From Candidatus Latescibacterota bacterium (GTDB lineage: Bacteria; Latescibacterota; UBA2968), in NCBI GenBank assembly GCA_965222605.1, contig OZ244960.1, positions 1,504,001-1,568,000 on the forward strand: a stretch of 64,000 nucleotides of DNA, read 5' to 3'. The notes beneath the pieces were generated by a model that ran no database searches, had not been told where the DNA came from, and worked only from the letters and a program-made list of their open reading frames with translations. Below, piece after piece: positions 49,179 through 59,871 of this stretch. A program made the translations under genes and the position numbers. Position 1 is the first letter of the stretch. Each line of letters begins with the position of its first letter.

Positions 49179-50747
49179 ATGGCAGAGCGACCAAATATCT
49201 TGCTGATTATGAACGACGATATGGGCTATTCTGATATTGGATGTTACGGAGGTGAGATCCACACGCCAAATTTAGATCGACTTGCTGCCAATGGGTTGCG
49301 ACTCACCCAATTTTACAACACAGCGCGGTGCTGTCCCACGCGGGCATCGTTGCTCACGGGATTGCATCCTCACCAGGCCAGTGTAGGGCACATGATGGAT
49401 GACCGGGAATACGAAGGTTATCGGGGCGATCTAAACTTTAGAAGCGTAACCATTGCCGAAGTGCTCAAAACAGTGGGATATGCGACCTATATGAGTGGCA
49501 AATGGCATATCACGCGGCATACAGATGCGGATGGCCCCAAACACAGTTGGCCCTGTCAGCGCGGATTTGATCGCTTTTTTGGCATCATTACCGGTGCCGC
49601 CAATTATTGGAAGCCGCAAACACTCACGCGGGACAACGAGCAAATTACAGTGGATGAATTTCCAGAAGATTTCTTTTTCACCGATGCCATCAGCGATCAG
49701 GCGGCGGATTATATCCGCGAACACGTGCAGGCAAACGGGGATCAGCCATTCTTTTTATACACCGCATATACCGCACCCCATTGGCCCTTGCACGCGCATG
49801 ATGAAGATATTGCAAAATACAAAGGTCGATTTGCCGGGGGATGGGATCAACTGCGCGAAGAGCGTTTGGCGCGCATGCGCGAAATGGGCATATTGAAACC
49901 CGAATGGGGATTGAGCGACCGCGACCCCTCTCAGGTGCCCTGGGAAGAAGCCGATCACAAGGCGTGGCAGCAGCGGCGCATGGAGGTTTATGCCGCGCAG
50001 GTTGACCGCATGGACCAGGGAATTGGGCGCATCGTCCAATCCCTCGAAGAGACCGGGCAACTGGACAACACCCTGATCGTATTTTTGGCTGACAATGGGG
50101 GATGTGCCGAAGAACTGGGAGGTAGCATGCGACGCAGCGCAATTGCACCGCCCACCACGCGCGATGGTCGCCCAGTCCAACGCGGCAACGACCCAAACAC
50201 AATGCCGGGTGACGAAACCACGTATCAAAGCTACGGCGTACCCTGGGCTAACGTATCCAACACGCCATTTCGCCTGTACAAACACTGGGTTCACGAAGGC
50301 GGCATTTCAACGCCCTTTATCGTACATTGGCCCGATCGCGTAACAGACGGCGGCGCATTGCGCGAGCAACCCGGCCAGCTTACCGATGTCATGGCAACCT
50401 GTCTCGATGTAGCGGGCGCCGAGTATCCCGAGACCTATAATGGACACTATATTTTGTCGCTGGAAGGCACGTCGCTAACGCCGATCTTTGACAACCGGGA
50501 CAACGGCAAAGAATATCTAATCTGGGAACACGAAGGCAATGGCGCGGTTCGCAAGGGAAAATGGAAACTGGTAAAGCGCTACCCGGGCGATTGGGAGCTA
50601 TACGATATTGAAGCCGACAGATCGGAACTCGACGATCTGGCAAATGAAAATCCCGATGTAGTATCCGAACTCGCGGCAATTTACGACGCCTGGGCAGAGC
50701 GTTGTGGGATAGAACCCTGGGATAATATCCTCGCAAAGCGCGGGTAA
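49179..50747 (+). CDS. Arylsulfatase (Cys-type, formylglycine-dependent)
   Basis: PNILLIMNDDMG, CCPTRASLLTG, GKWH, APHWPL, DNG. Confidence 0.92.
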   Translation: MAERPNILLIMNDDMGYSDIGCYGGEIHTPNLDRLAANGLRLTQFYNTARCCPTRASLLTGLHPHQASVGHMMDDREYEGYRGDLNFRSVTIAEVLKTVGYATYMSGKWHITRHTDADGPKHSWPCQRGFDRFFGIITGAANYWKPQTLTRDNEQITVDEFPEDFFFTDAISDQAADYIREHVQANGDQPFFLYTAYTAPHWPLHAHDEDIAKYKGRFAGGWDQLREERLARMREMGILKPEWGLSDRDPSQVPWEEADHKAWQQRRMEVYAAQVDRMDQGIGRIVQSLEETGQLDNTLIVFLADNGGCAEELGGSMRRSAIAPPTTRDGRPVQRGNDPNTMPGDETTYQSYGVPWANVSNTPFRLYKHWVHEGGISTPFIVHWPDRVTDGGALREQPGQLTDVMATCLDVAGAEYPETYNGHYILSLEGTSLTPIFDNRDNGKEYLIWEHEGNGAVRKGKWKLVKRYPGDWELYDIEADRSELDDLANENPDVVSELAAIYDAWAERCGIEPWDNILAKRG

Positions 50748-50769
50748 GTACCGCTAAAAGGAAAAAATC

Positions 50770-51519
50770 ATGACACCAACAGATATCACAGATGAAATGC
50801 TGGCAACATACCGACGCGATGGCGTGATAAAAATTTCGCAGATTATCTCGCCGGATGAAGTGGCGAAATTCCGTCAGGCATCGCTGGATATACTGGAGGC
50901 AATGCCAAAGGATCCAAACCGGCCATTTAATCAAAAAGTGAATGTATGGCGGGAAGACGAAGTATTGAGAGAATTGACGCAACACCCGAACGTCGCCGCA
51001 GTCGCAGAGAAAATTGCGGGTGTGCGTTTGCGGATCTGGCACGATCACATTTTGGCAAAAATGCCAGAACTCGAGGTGCCAACGGCATTCCATCAAGACC
51101 TGGTGAAATGGCCCTATAATCGCAATTCCAATGCCCTATCGGCGTGGGTCGCGCTACAGGATACACCTGTAGAGATGGGGTGTATGTCATTTGTACAGGG
51201 ATCGCACGAAATGAAAGATGTGCCGAACATGGCGACAAATAATCAAGAGGCATGGCGGGAATTCGCGCCAGAAATTGCGTGGCGTACCCGAGTAACGCAT
51301 CCGCTTCAGGCGGGGGATTGTACATTTCACCACGGAATGACATTTCACACCGCGGGGCCAAATCAAACCGATGATTGGCGGGTGGGATACGTGATTATTT
51401 TTATCGATGCGGCAGCGAAATACACTGGGAAAAAGCATGTAGTCACAGATCCCCTGAGGCTGGCCCCCAATACATTGCCACCAGATAATTATTTTCCACC
51501 CGTAGTTTATGGAGGCTAA
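50770..51519 (+). CDS. Phytanoyl-CoA dioxygenase (PhyH) family 2OG-Fe(II) oxygenase
   Basis: FHQD, WVAL, GCMSFVQGSH, GDCTFHHGMTFH, N...R. Confidence 0.88.
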   Translation: MTPTDITDEMLATYRRDGVIKISQIISPDEVAKFRQASLDILEAMPKDPNRPFNQKVNVWREDEVLRELTQHPNVAAVAEKIAGVRLRIWHDHILAKMPELEVPTAFHQDLVKWPYNRNSNALSAWVALQDTPVEMGCMSFVQGSHEMKDVPNMATNNQEAWREFAPEIAWRTRVTHPLQAGDCTFHHGMTFHTAGPNQTDDWRVGYVIIFIDAAAKYTGKKHVVTDPLRLAPNTLPPDNYFPPVVYGG

Positions 51520-51524
51520 AAAGA

Positions 51525-52949
51525 ATGAGCACCCCCAATATAATTTTAATGATGTGCGACGACCTGGGATATGGCGATGTGGGATTTAACGGAAATGAAG
51601 TGATTAAAACCCCAAATTTGGATCGGCTGGCGAACAATGGGATCCGATTCAAGCGATTTTATGCGGGAGGACCAGTGTGTTCCCCCACGCGGGGGACGTG
51701 TTTGACCGGACGACATTATTTTCGATATGGCGTAACACACGCCAATCGCGGGCACTTACCCGCACAGGAAATAACATTGGCGCGGATGTTGAAATCCTTC
51801 GGCTATGCGACCGGACATTTCGGCAAATGGCATCTGGGAACGCTGGACCCAAATTTTTCGGGCAAGCCCGGTCGCAATCCAGCGCGCAATTACGCCCCGC
51901 CGTGGGAGCGAGATTACGATGCATCTTTTGCCACGGAGTACGCAGTTCCCACATGGGATCCAACCCTGGACATCAATCAAAAGACCGGAAAGCGTTTGGA
52001 CCAACCCTGGGCATCTCCGTATTACGAAAATGGAAAACTGGCAACGGAAAATCTGTCGGGATGCGATTCCCGGGTATTGATGGATCGCGCAATTCCATTC
52101 ATTGAACAGGCTGTTGAAAATGGCGAACAGTTCCTTACGACAATCTGGTTCCACGCGCCGCATACCCCGGTCGTTGCCGGTCCAGAGTATCGGGCGATGT
52201 ACGCCGAATACAGCGAAGATGAGCAACACTATTACGGCTGTATCACCGCGATAGACGATCAGGTAGGGCGATTATATCATACTCTGGAAGCATGGGGCGT
52301 AGCCGATAACACGATGATCTGGTTCTGTTCGGACAACGGGCCAGAAGGCCGCACGGGTCAAGATGGTCGTAACCGGGGATCAACAGGTGGCTTGCGCGGG
52401 CGAAAACGGTCTCTATTTGACGGCGGCGTGGGCGTACCCGCGCTATTGCACTGGCCGAATCATGCAGGCCCCGGGCGCGTGGTGGAAATGCCGTGCAGCA
52501 CACTGGATTACTTCCCAACAATCGCCGAGGTCATGGGATATGAAATGCCCGATGATCGACCAATTGACGGAATCAGTCTGCTACCGGTGATTGAAGGAAA
52601 TATGACAGAACGTCCCGTCCCCATCCCATATCGGTTCATCAGCCCAAAAGCCGCGATGTTTGACGCCCCAACCATCTCAATGATCGACAATCGGTATAAA
52701 TGTTTGACCAACCTATCGGGCAATGGCAGCGAAGATTTGTGTTTTGATATGATTGAAGATCGCGCAGAAACGACAAATTTGGCGAATGAGCAACGCGAGC
52801 GGATGGGGCAAACGCGCGAGACCCTGCGCCAATGGCTCCGCTCCTGCGAGGCCAGCCACAACGGTGGGGATTACGACGAGGCTTATGAACCGGTTGCGCC
52901 ATTTGAAGAAGTCTCCGGAGATTGGCCCTCAAGAAGAAATAGAAATTAG
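51525..52949 (+). CDS. Sulfatase (Cys-type)
   Basis: PNIILMMCDDLG, CSPTRGTCLTG, GKWHLG, HAPH, SDNG. Confidence 0.92.
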   Translation: MSTPNIILMMCDDLGYGDVGFNGNEVIKTPNLDRLANNGIRFKRFYAGGPVCSPTRGTCLTGRHYFRYGVTHANRGHLPAQEITLARMLKSFGYATGHFGKWHLGTLDPNFSGKPGRNPARNYAPPWERDYDASFATEYAVPTWDPTLDINQKTGKRLDQPWASPYYENGKLATENLSGCDSRVLMDRAIPFIEQAVENGEQFLTTIWFHAPHTPVVAGPEYRAMYAEYSEDEQHYYGCITAIDDQVGRLYHTLEAWGVADNTMIWFCSDNGPEGRTGQDGRNRGSTGGLRGRKRSLFDGGVGVPALLHWPNHAGPGRVVEMPCSTLDYFPTIAEVMGYEMPDDRPIDGISLLPVIEGNMTERPVPIPYRFISPKAAMFDAPTISMIDNRYKCLTNLSGNGSEDLCFDMIEDRAETTNLANEQRERMGQTRETLRQWLRSCEASHNGGDYDEAYEPVAPFEEVSGDWPSRRNRN

Positions 52950-52958
52950 AGGTAGCGA

Positions 52959-54197
52959 ATGGCAACTCAATTTGGCGATGAACGCGATTGGTTTTTGGAA
53001 AAGCGATTTGGTCTATTTGTGCATTGGGGAATTTACGCGATCCCCGGATGGCAAGAACAGCACCAGTGGCGCGGACGTATGCCCGCAAATGAATACGTAA
53101 AATTGGCCGAGCAGTGGAATCCCACAAACTTCAATCCCGATGCGTGGTTAGATCTCGCAGAAGAAGCCGGGATGCAATACATCATCGTCACGACCAAACA
53201 CCACGATGGATTTTGCTTGTGGGACACATCACATACGGCATTTAACACAATGAATACGCCGTACGGAAAAGACCTGATGGCAATGCTCGCCGATGCGTGT
53301 CACAAGCGCGATTTCCCACTGGGCTTTTATTATTCAATTGCCGACTGGCACCACCCCAATTACCCCAATCAGGGACGGCATCACGAACTGCCTCAACCCA
53401 AGCCGGGAGATGATCCCGATTTGATAAAATATCTGAAATTTCTGAAGGCGCAGGTGTGGGAGTTGTGTACGCATTACGGAAAATTGCACGCATTCTGGTG
53501 GGATATGAATGTGGATGAACTCTTCGATCCATCCGTCAACACGATGATTCGGTCGCTACAACCTGCGGCAGTAATCAACAATCGGGGATTTGATCCCGGT
53601 GATTTTGGCACGCCCGAGCGCGATTACGAACAAGGCATAGATACCCAGCAGTCATTTGATCGGCTGACCGAAGCGTGTCAATCCGTGGGAAGCGAAAGCT
53701 GGGGCTATCGGGTAGATGAGGATTATTATACAGATCGCCATTTGATACGGAGCATCGATCGGTATCTCGCGCGCGACGCAAACTATTTGCTCAACGTAGG
53801 CCCCAAATCCGACGGAACGATTCCAGAGACAGCGCAGCTCATTTTGAAGCGCATTGGAAAATGGTATCGCGCAGTAGAAGAAGCGGTTAAAGACGTAGAA
53901 CCCGCGTCGCACTTAACGCGCAATCGCGATATATTATTGATGCGCCGAGACAATGTGATTTATGTACATCTGGTAAACGATCCGCGAACAAGCGGCGTAA
54001 AACTCGACCCAATTGCAATCGCACCAGAGAAAGCGACATTGCTAAACACAGGTGAACCTGTGGATTTCACAGTGGATTTGGTGCCGACCAATCACATAGA
54101 GCACAAACCCTATTTGCGGTTGCAAAACCTGCCAGTGAATGAACTAACCAACACCGTAATGGTAGTAAAACTCGAATTTGACAGAGCACCTGAGTAG
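52959..54197 (+). CDS. Alpha-L-fucosidase (GH29)
   Basis: FGLFVHWG, TTKHHDGFCLW, YYSIADW, WWD nucleophile, INNR, LLNVGP. Confidence 0.9.
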   Translation: MATQFGDERDWFLEKRFGLFVHWGIYAIPGWQEQHQWRGRMPANEYVKLAEQWNPTNFNPDAWLDLAEEAGMQYIIVTTKHHDGFCLWDTSHTAFNTMNTPYGKDLMAMLADACHKRDFPLGFYYSIADWHHPNYPNQGRHHELPQPKPGDDPDLIKYLKFLKAQVWELCTHYGKLHAFWWDMNVDELFDPSVNTMIRSLQPAAVINNRGFDPGDFGTPERDYEQGIDTQQSFDRLTEACQSVGSESWGYRVDEDYYTDRHLIRSIDRYLARDANYLLNVGPKSDGTIPETAQLILKRIGKWYRAVEEAVKDVEPASHLTRNRDILLMRRDNVIYVHLVNDPRTSGVKLDPIAIAPEKATLLNTGEPVDFTVDLVPTNHIEHKPYLRLQNLPVNELTNTVMVVKLEFDRAPE

Positions 54198-54238
54198 AAC
54201 GATCCGCAACTGAAGATTTGAAAGGTTTAAGGAAAATC

Positions 54239-54964
54239 ATGTTTGAAGAAATCCGAAATAAAAACGGTGAAAAACTGGATTATGCTTTTCCCTGTGGAAA
54301 TCCCGAAAGCAAACACATCGTCGTCTTAGGCCATGGCGTAACCGGCAACAAAGACAGGCCATTTTTAGTCGCGCTATCACAGGCATTGGAAGCCGAAGGA
54401 TTCAATGTTCTGCGCTTCTCTTTTGCTGGCAATGGGGACTCAGAAGGTCGGTTTGAGGATGCGACCATAACAAAAGAAGTAGATGATCTGGGTTCAGTCC
54501 TGGACGCATTAGACGGATATACAATCTGTTACGCCGGGCACAGTATGGGAGGTGCCGTAGGCGTATTGCGGGCGGGCACAGATGCGCGCATTCAGCATCT
54601 CATCTCTCTGGCGGGCATGGTAGATACAAAGGGATTTGCACAGCGCGAGTTTGGAGATGTCACCCCCGACAAAGGCAACATGTGGGACGACCCGGATTGC
54701 CCGCTATCCAGCGCGTATATGGACGACTTAACGGCGATTGACACTGTCGTAAATCGCGCATCTCAAATCTCGGTTCCATGGTTACTCGTACACGGCACAG
54801 AGGACGACGTGGTGCCCATTGAGGATTCTCAGGTGATCTTTGAGCGAGCCAACGAACCAAAAGAACTGGTCATCCTGAACAGGGCAGATCACGTATTCAG
54901 CGATGACGCAACACCCGCCATGATTCAGACCGTTATCAATTGGATTGCGAAACAGGAGTACTAA
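54239..54964 (+). CDS. Alpha/beta-fold hydrolase
   Basis: HG, GNGDSEG, GHSMGG, HGTEDDVV, ADH. Confidence 0.88.
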   Translation: MFEEIRNKNGEKLDYAFPCGNPESKHIVVLGHGVTGNKDRPFLVALSQALEAEGFNVLRFSFAGNGDSEGRFEDATITKEVDDLGSVLDALDGYTICYAGHSMGGAVGVLRAGTDARIQHLISLAGMVDTKGFAQREFGDVTPDKGNMWDDPDCPLSSAYMDDLTAIDTVVNRASQISVPWLLVHGTEDDVVPIEDSQVIFERANEPKELVILNRADHVFSDDATPAMIQTVINWIAKQEY

Positions 54965-56001
54965 TGTCTTCTAAAACATACCGAGCCGCGGTAATTGGTC
55001 TGGGGATGATCGGCGGTGCTGATCAGGTTTCAGGTGATGTATTGGGTCAGCGCGTGGACAGTATGGATGGCACGCATACCTTTGCGTATCAGAACCATCC
55101 GCGTATCGACCTCGTGGCCGGTGCAAGCCGCGACCAGGGGCGACGCGAGCGCTTTGAAACACGCACGGGTGCTATAACTTATGAGAGTTGGCGTACAATG
55201 ATCGCCAACGAAGCACTCGATATTGTCAGTGTAGCGACCTATACTCCTACCCACGCGGAAATTGCCATAGCCTGTGCCGAACACGGAATTCCCGTCATCT
55301 ATTGCGAAAAACCCGCGGCAACCACGGTGGTAGATGCCCAGCACATGCTCGAGGCTCAAAAGCACGGGTTATTGGTCTTTAACCATCAACGAAGATTTGA
55401 TCCCAATTACCGCCGACTTCGTGCGCTAATTGCCGATGGAGAACTGGGCACGCTTATTTCCGCTACCCTTCAATGGCCGACGGGGCGATTGGGCAATGTG
55501 GGGACACATGTAATTGACGCGCTCTTAATGCTTACCGGGCATCGCGTCCAATCGGTTTCTGCAACGCTTGATCTGGCGGGAAAGCCAGATTGCCGCGGCG
55601 AGACATTTCGCGATCCGGGCGGTTCGGGTGTGATGCGTATGGACGGCGGGCTGATGGTGACAGTGAGCGCACCCGATTATTCCGCAGCACCACCGCGAAT
55701 GGAAATTAACGGGCATAAAGGACGAGCAATTATTGAGGCAAAAGGCGTCACACTTGAATACTGGACTGGTGAGACAGAACAATGGCCGCCTCATGAAGAT
55801 GGCGTTTCGGGAATGGATCGCGCCGTATCGGAAATCGTAGCCTATCTGGATGATCGCGCGCCATTTCCCTACAATGCCGAAGAAGCCATTCATACACTCG
55901 AAGCCATTGTCGCTTTCCACGCTTCTCATAAACAGAACGCAGCCTGGGTTGATCTCCCCTTGTCGGGAAGCGACCGCGAGATTGTCGTGCTAAGCGGATA
56001 A
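54964..56001 (+). CDS. Gfo/Idh/MocA oxidoreductase
   Basis: IGLGMIG, YCEKP, NHQRRF, GTHVID. Confidence 0.88.
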   Translation: MSSKTYRAAVIGLGMIGGADQVSGDVLGQRVDSMDGTHTFAYQNHPRIDLVAGASRDQGRRERFETRTGAITYESWRTMIANEALDIVSVATYTPTHAEIAIACAEHGIPVIYCEKPAATTVVDAQHMLEAQKHGLLVFNHQRRFDPNYRRLRALIADGELGTLISATLQWPTGRLGNVGTHVIDALLMLTGHRVQSVSATLDLAGKPDCRGETFRDPGGSGVMRMDGGLMVTVSAPDYSAAPPRMEINGHKGRAIIEAKGVTLEYWTGETEQWPPHEDGVSGMDRAVSEIVAYLDDRAPFPYNAEEAIHTLEAIVAFHASHKQNAAWVDLPLSGSDREIVVLSG

Positions 56002-56013
56002 TGAAAGGAATCT

Positions 56014-57195
56014 ATGCCGACCATTGGAACACCGCTTTCACCAACTGCGACCAGAGTACTTATGTGTGGCTCTGGCGAATTGGGAAAAGAAGTTGTAATT
56101 GAACTACAGCGCTATGGCATTGAGGTAATTGCCGTAGATCGCTATGCCAATGCGCCCGCAATGCAGGTAGCGCATCGGTCGCATGTAATCACCATGCTGG
56201 ATGGGGATGCCCTGCGCGAAGTCATAGAAAAAGAACAACCCGACTTAATCGTGCCCGAAATTGAGGCAATCGCCACAGACACACTCATCGAATTGGAAAA
56301 AGAAGGATTCACAGTAATCCCAACAGCCAGAGCAGCCCGACTGACAATGAACCGCGAGGGCATTCGCAGATTGGCCGCCGAGGAACTGGGATTAAAAACA
56401 TCGCCTTACCGATTTGCGTCGAATTTAGAAGAATACCGCGCAGCAGTCCGAGAAATCGGCGTACCGTGTGTAATCAAACCAATCATGAGTTCATCGGGCA
56501 AAGGGCAAAGCACCGTCAAAAACATGGCCGACGCTGAAAAATCGTGGACCTATGCACAAGAAGGTGCGCGAGGGGGTGCAGATGCAGTCATCGTGGAAGG
56601 CTTTGTGGATTTTGACTACGAAATTACACTATTGACCCTGCGCCACGAAGGAGGCACGAGTTTTTGCGCGCCAATAGGACATCGACAGGTAGATGGCGAC
56701 TATCACGAATCCTGGCAGCCACAGCCAATGAGCGAGGCGGCACTTGCAGAATCACAACGGATGGGCAAGGCCATCACCGACGCGCTGGGTGGACGCGGCA
56801 TTTTTGGAGTGGAGCTATTTGTAAAAGGCGACGACATCTACTTCAGCGAAGTATCACCTCGCCCACATGACACGGGCATGGTAACCATGATATCGCAAGA
56901 CCTGTCTGAATTTGCCCTGCATGCGCGGGCAATTTTGGGATTGCCAGTTCCAAATATCAAAAACCACGGCCCGGCAGCTTCGTATGTCATCCTGGTGGAA
57001 GGGCATTCGCAACAAGTGAAATACGGCAACCTGGGCGCATCACTCACCGCACCGGATACACAGATCCGCTTATTTGGCAAACCCGAGGTACAGGGAGAAC
57101 GGCGAATGGGAGTCGTCCTTGCGAGAGGCGCGTCACTACAAGAAGCACGCAAAAAGGCAAAAGCGGGGGCAAAGGCGGTCAGTATCGCGCTTTGA
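56014..57195 (+). CDS. purT: Formate-dependent phosphoribosylglycinamide formyltransferase
   Basis: [56 protein letters not shown]. Confidence 0.95.
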   Translation: MPTIGTPLSPTATRVLMCGSGELGKEVVIELQRYGIEVIAVDRYANAPAMQVAHRSHVITMLDGDALREVIEKEQPDLIVPEIEAIATDTLIELEKEGFTVIPTARAARLTMNREGIRRLAAEELGLKTSPYRFASNLEEYRAAVREIGVPCVIKPIMSSSGKGQSTVKNMADAEKSWTYAQEGARGGADAVIVEGFVDFDYEITLLTLRHEGGTSFCAPIGHRQVDGDYHESWQPQPMSEAALAESQRMGKAITDALGGRGIFGVELFVKGDDIYFSEVSPRPHDTGMVTMISQDLSEFALHARAILGLPVPNIKNHGPAASYVILVEGHSQQVKYGNLGASLTAPDTQIRLFGKPEVQGERRMGVVLARGASLQEARKKAKAGAKAVSIAL

Positions 57196-57549
57196 GAGAC
57201 TCTTTTGGTTTTTCCAGATGGAAAGTAAGAAGCAATCACAGGTGGGAGAGGTCCGAAGATGTAAGATACCTTAATCTGCGTGAACGGCACTTTTTTTAAA
57301 CATCTATGGAAAACTGTTCACAGTATTGCAAAGGGAAGTATAGAGATAATCCAACCACATTAAAAAATGAACACTGGGACAAATTTTGAATGTTAGGACA
57401 AACTTTTGGGGTTGCAACGTCAGAGCAATAGTATTATTCTTTAATTTTGGAAAATTACCAGTAGATTCAAGTCAATCATTGACGTTACGGAATTTATTAT
57501 ATTATCTTTAGACGTGCTTAATTGATTCCAAAATTCCAAGGAGGTTACT

Positions 57550-58056
57550 ATGTTCGGAAATATTCAAGGTGTAATAGCACTACTTATCATGGCAAGGTTG
57601 GCATCGTGTGGTGCTGATGGCTGTTCCGTTGGAAAGGTGGTAACTCCAGAGACAACTGGGAAAAATGGAAACTCATCGCTTGTAAGCGAAAACAGGGCAC
57701 AGGCTATTATGAACGTTACTGTGCGACAAGGTAACACGCCCGTAAGCGGTATAAGAATAGAGTTTTCGCGTTCTATTGTAGGGCAGGCCGCAAATTATGA
57801 ATGGTCTGCGACCACTGATGAAAATGGTCACGCGCGAATAGAGATTGCGCCGGGCAAAAATGTGTCAGCTTATTATCTTGCAAGAGCTATTCAGAACGGT
57901 AGCCAGATTGGTTCATGGTCAAGTATTTTAATTAAAGAGGGTTACGAAGTAATGTTCGACTTGCCTATCGGTGGTGAGGCACAGATCACGAGTTCATCCA
58001 TCCTGCCGAATCCAAACATTACTGTTAGAGGGGAGAATATACTTTTAACTGAATAA
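57550..58056 (+). CDS. Low-GC exported protein with carboxypeptidase-regulatory-like domain, possibly truncated
   Basis: SD aggagg; PVSGIRIEFSRS...WSATTDENGHARIEI. Confidence 0.5.
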   Translation: MFGNIQGVIALLIMARLASCGADGCSVGKVVTPETTGKNGNSSLVSENRAQAIMNVTVRQGNTPVSGIRIEFSRSIVGQAANYEWSATTDENGHARIEIAPGKNVSAYYLARAIQNGSQIGSWSSILIKEGYEVMFDLPIGGEAQITSSSILPNPNITVRGENILLTE

Positions 58057-58217
58057 CTCTTATTCGCTATTCGCAATCAATAATCCTCTAAAACCGACTG
58101 TTAAAAAAGTCTGGCGTCTTAGGAGATTTTTTAAGTAATATATGGGATGATCCAGATCGTCTTTTGCCCATAGCTTATGTTGGAAAACTGCCGCGTTTAT
58201 TGCGCGGCAGTTTTTGT

Positions 58218-59423
58218 TTAAGACAGAATCAGTTCGGCAACAGCGTCTTCATTAAGAGTAATACCGAGACCGGGTTTTTCTGTGAAAGTAATATGCCCGT
58301 TTTCAAGCGACAAAGGTTCTACAAGAAGGCAGTTGCCAAAAGGACCGCGCGCAAAACCGCTGGGACATTCAGAGATAAAGCAATTGGGGGTAGCAGCGCC
58401 AACATGCAGACCCGCCATAAGGTGAATAGGAGTACTGGTACTCACATGGGACGCCCATGACACGCCAAAAACATCGGCTAATTGTGCGATACGCAAAGTT
58501 TCAGAAATACCCCCAGCCCGGCAGACATCGGGAAGAACGAGATCGCACTCTTTATTCAGCAAACGATCTCGCACAACATAGCGGTTGCAATCTGTCTCCC
58601 CCACAGCGACTCGAATAGAAGTCGATTGGGTCAGCTGTCGATACCCCTGATGGTCTTCGGGAAGCAGTGCATCTTCAAACCATTCTACATTGCCGAGATC
58701 CTCAAGCAACCGGACAAAGCGGAGGGCGTCTTTAATATCGTACCCGCCATGCGCGTCAACCAGAAGCCTGCCGCGATCTCCAACAGCGCGGGACATCTCG
58801 CGGACAACGTGCATTTGTTCGTCTATCGTCCCGCGACCACAGGACGTTTTCACAACAGAAAAACCATCGTCCAAAACCTTTCCAATCCCCTCGCAACGAG
58901 ATTCAACAGTCTGGCCCGGCGTACCCGACGAATACACGGGAATTTGCAAGCGGTAAGGACCGCCAAGCAAACAATAGATAGGTTCGTTGTAGTATTTGCC
59001 GCGTATATCCCAAAGTGCGATATCGACCCCCGCAATCGCCTCCAGCGTAAACCCCTGCGTATGGGAGCGCAGGCGCATCGTCGAAAACATGCGTTCCCAC
59101 AAAACGTCCTGTGAGCGCGGGTCCTCCCCGATGAGAACAGGGCTTAACAGATCTTCTACAATCGTTTTGACAACGCGAGGCGCAGCCGGGGCGTGGGCTT
59201 CGCCAATGCCCTCAATACCGTTATCTGTACGCACGCGAACAAGCGCTGTCGATCGCCCCGAGGGATAGACACACAGGTGTCGCGTATCGGCTCTGCCGGA
59301 AAAGACCTGTGTGGATTGGGGCGCGACTTGCGGAAATTTTAATCCAACGGTATCTTCATATCGCGTCGCACCCTGCTGGTGAGCGGTAGAGAGAATATCG
59401 CAGGTAATAGCCGTGATTTTCAT
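58218..59423 (-). CDS. Mandelate racemase/muconate lactonizing enzyme family (enolase superfamily)
   Basis: TDNGIEGIGE, DIALWDIRGK, VDAH, WFED, VGE, GGISE, PGLG. Confidence 0.9.
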   Translation of the reverse strand: MKITAITCDILSTAHQQGATRYEDTVGLKFPQVAPQSTQVFSGRADTRHLCVYPSGRSTALVRVRTDNGIEGIGEAHAPAAPRVVKTIVEDLLSPVLIGEDPRSQDVLWERMFSTMRLRSHTQGFTLEAIAGVDIALWDIRGKYYNEPIYCLLGGPYRLQIPVYSSGTPGQTVESRCEGIGKVLDDGFSVVKTSCGRGTIDEQMHVVREMSRAVGDRGRLLVDAHGGYDIKDALRFVRLLEDLGNVEWFEDALLPEDHQGYRQLTQSTSIRVAVGETDCNRYVVRDRLLNKECDLVLPDVCRAGGISETLRIAQLADVFGVSWASHVSTSTPIHLMAGLHVGAATPNCFISECPSGFARGPFGNCLLVEPLSLENGHITFTEKPGLGITLNEDAVAELILS

Positions 59424-59526
59424 TTGTGCCTCTTGGGGTGTGTTGTAAAAAAATACGGATAGATATGAAAATAGGGTGGAAACTTGCTATTTGCAAATTT
59501 CTATCAACACTGTGTAAGAGGATTTG

Positions 59527-59871
59527 ATGAATACGATTGAAGCCCATATTGACCGAGCCACCATCCAGGCCATAACGCGACTGATTGTCGAACGCTTTGA
59601 TCCGGAGCTAATCATTCTCTTCGGCAGCCATGCACGCGGAGAGGCTAACGAGCACAGCGATTTGGATCTGCTGGTCGTGATGCATGCAGATACAGGACGA
59701 CGCCAGCACGGCAATCCTATTCGTCGAGCAATTGCCGAGCATTTCGTGTTGCCCGTTGATGTAATTATTCGCTCTCCTCAAGTCTTTGCCGAACAGCGCA
59801 ACAATCCATACTCCATGATTCACAAGGTGCTGGAAGAAGGAGAAGTAGTATATGAACGGCGAGTCGCCTGA
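59527..59871 (+). CDS. Minimal nucleotidyltransferase (MNT antitoxin)
   Basis: ILFGSHARGEANEHSDLDLLVV, PVDVI, EGEVVYE. Confidence 0.9.
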   Translation: MNTIEAHIDRATIQAITRLIVERFDPELIILFGSHARGEANEHSDLDLLVVMHADTGRRQHGNPIRRAIAEHFVLPVDVIIRSPQVFAEQRNNPYSMIHKVLEEGEVVYERRVA

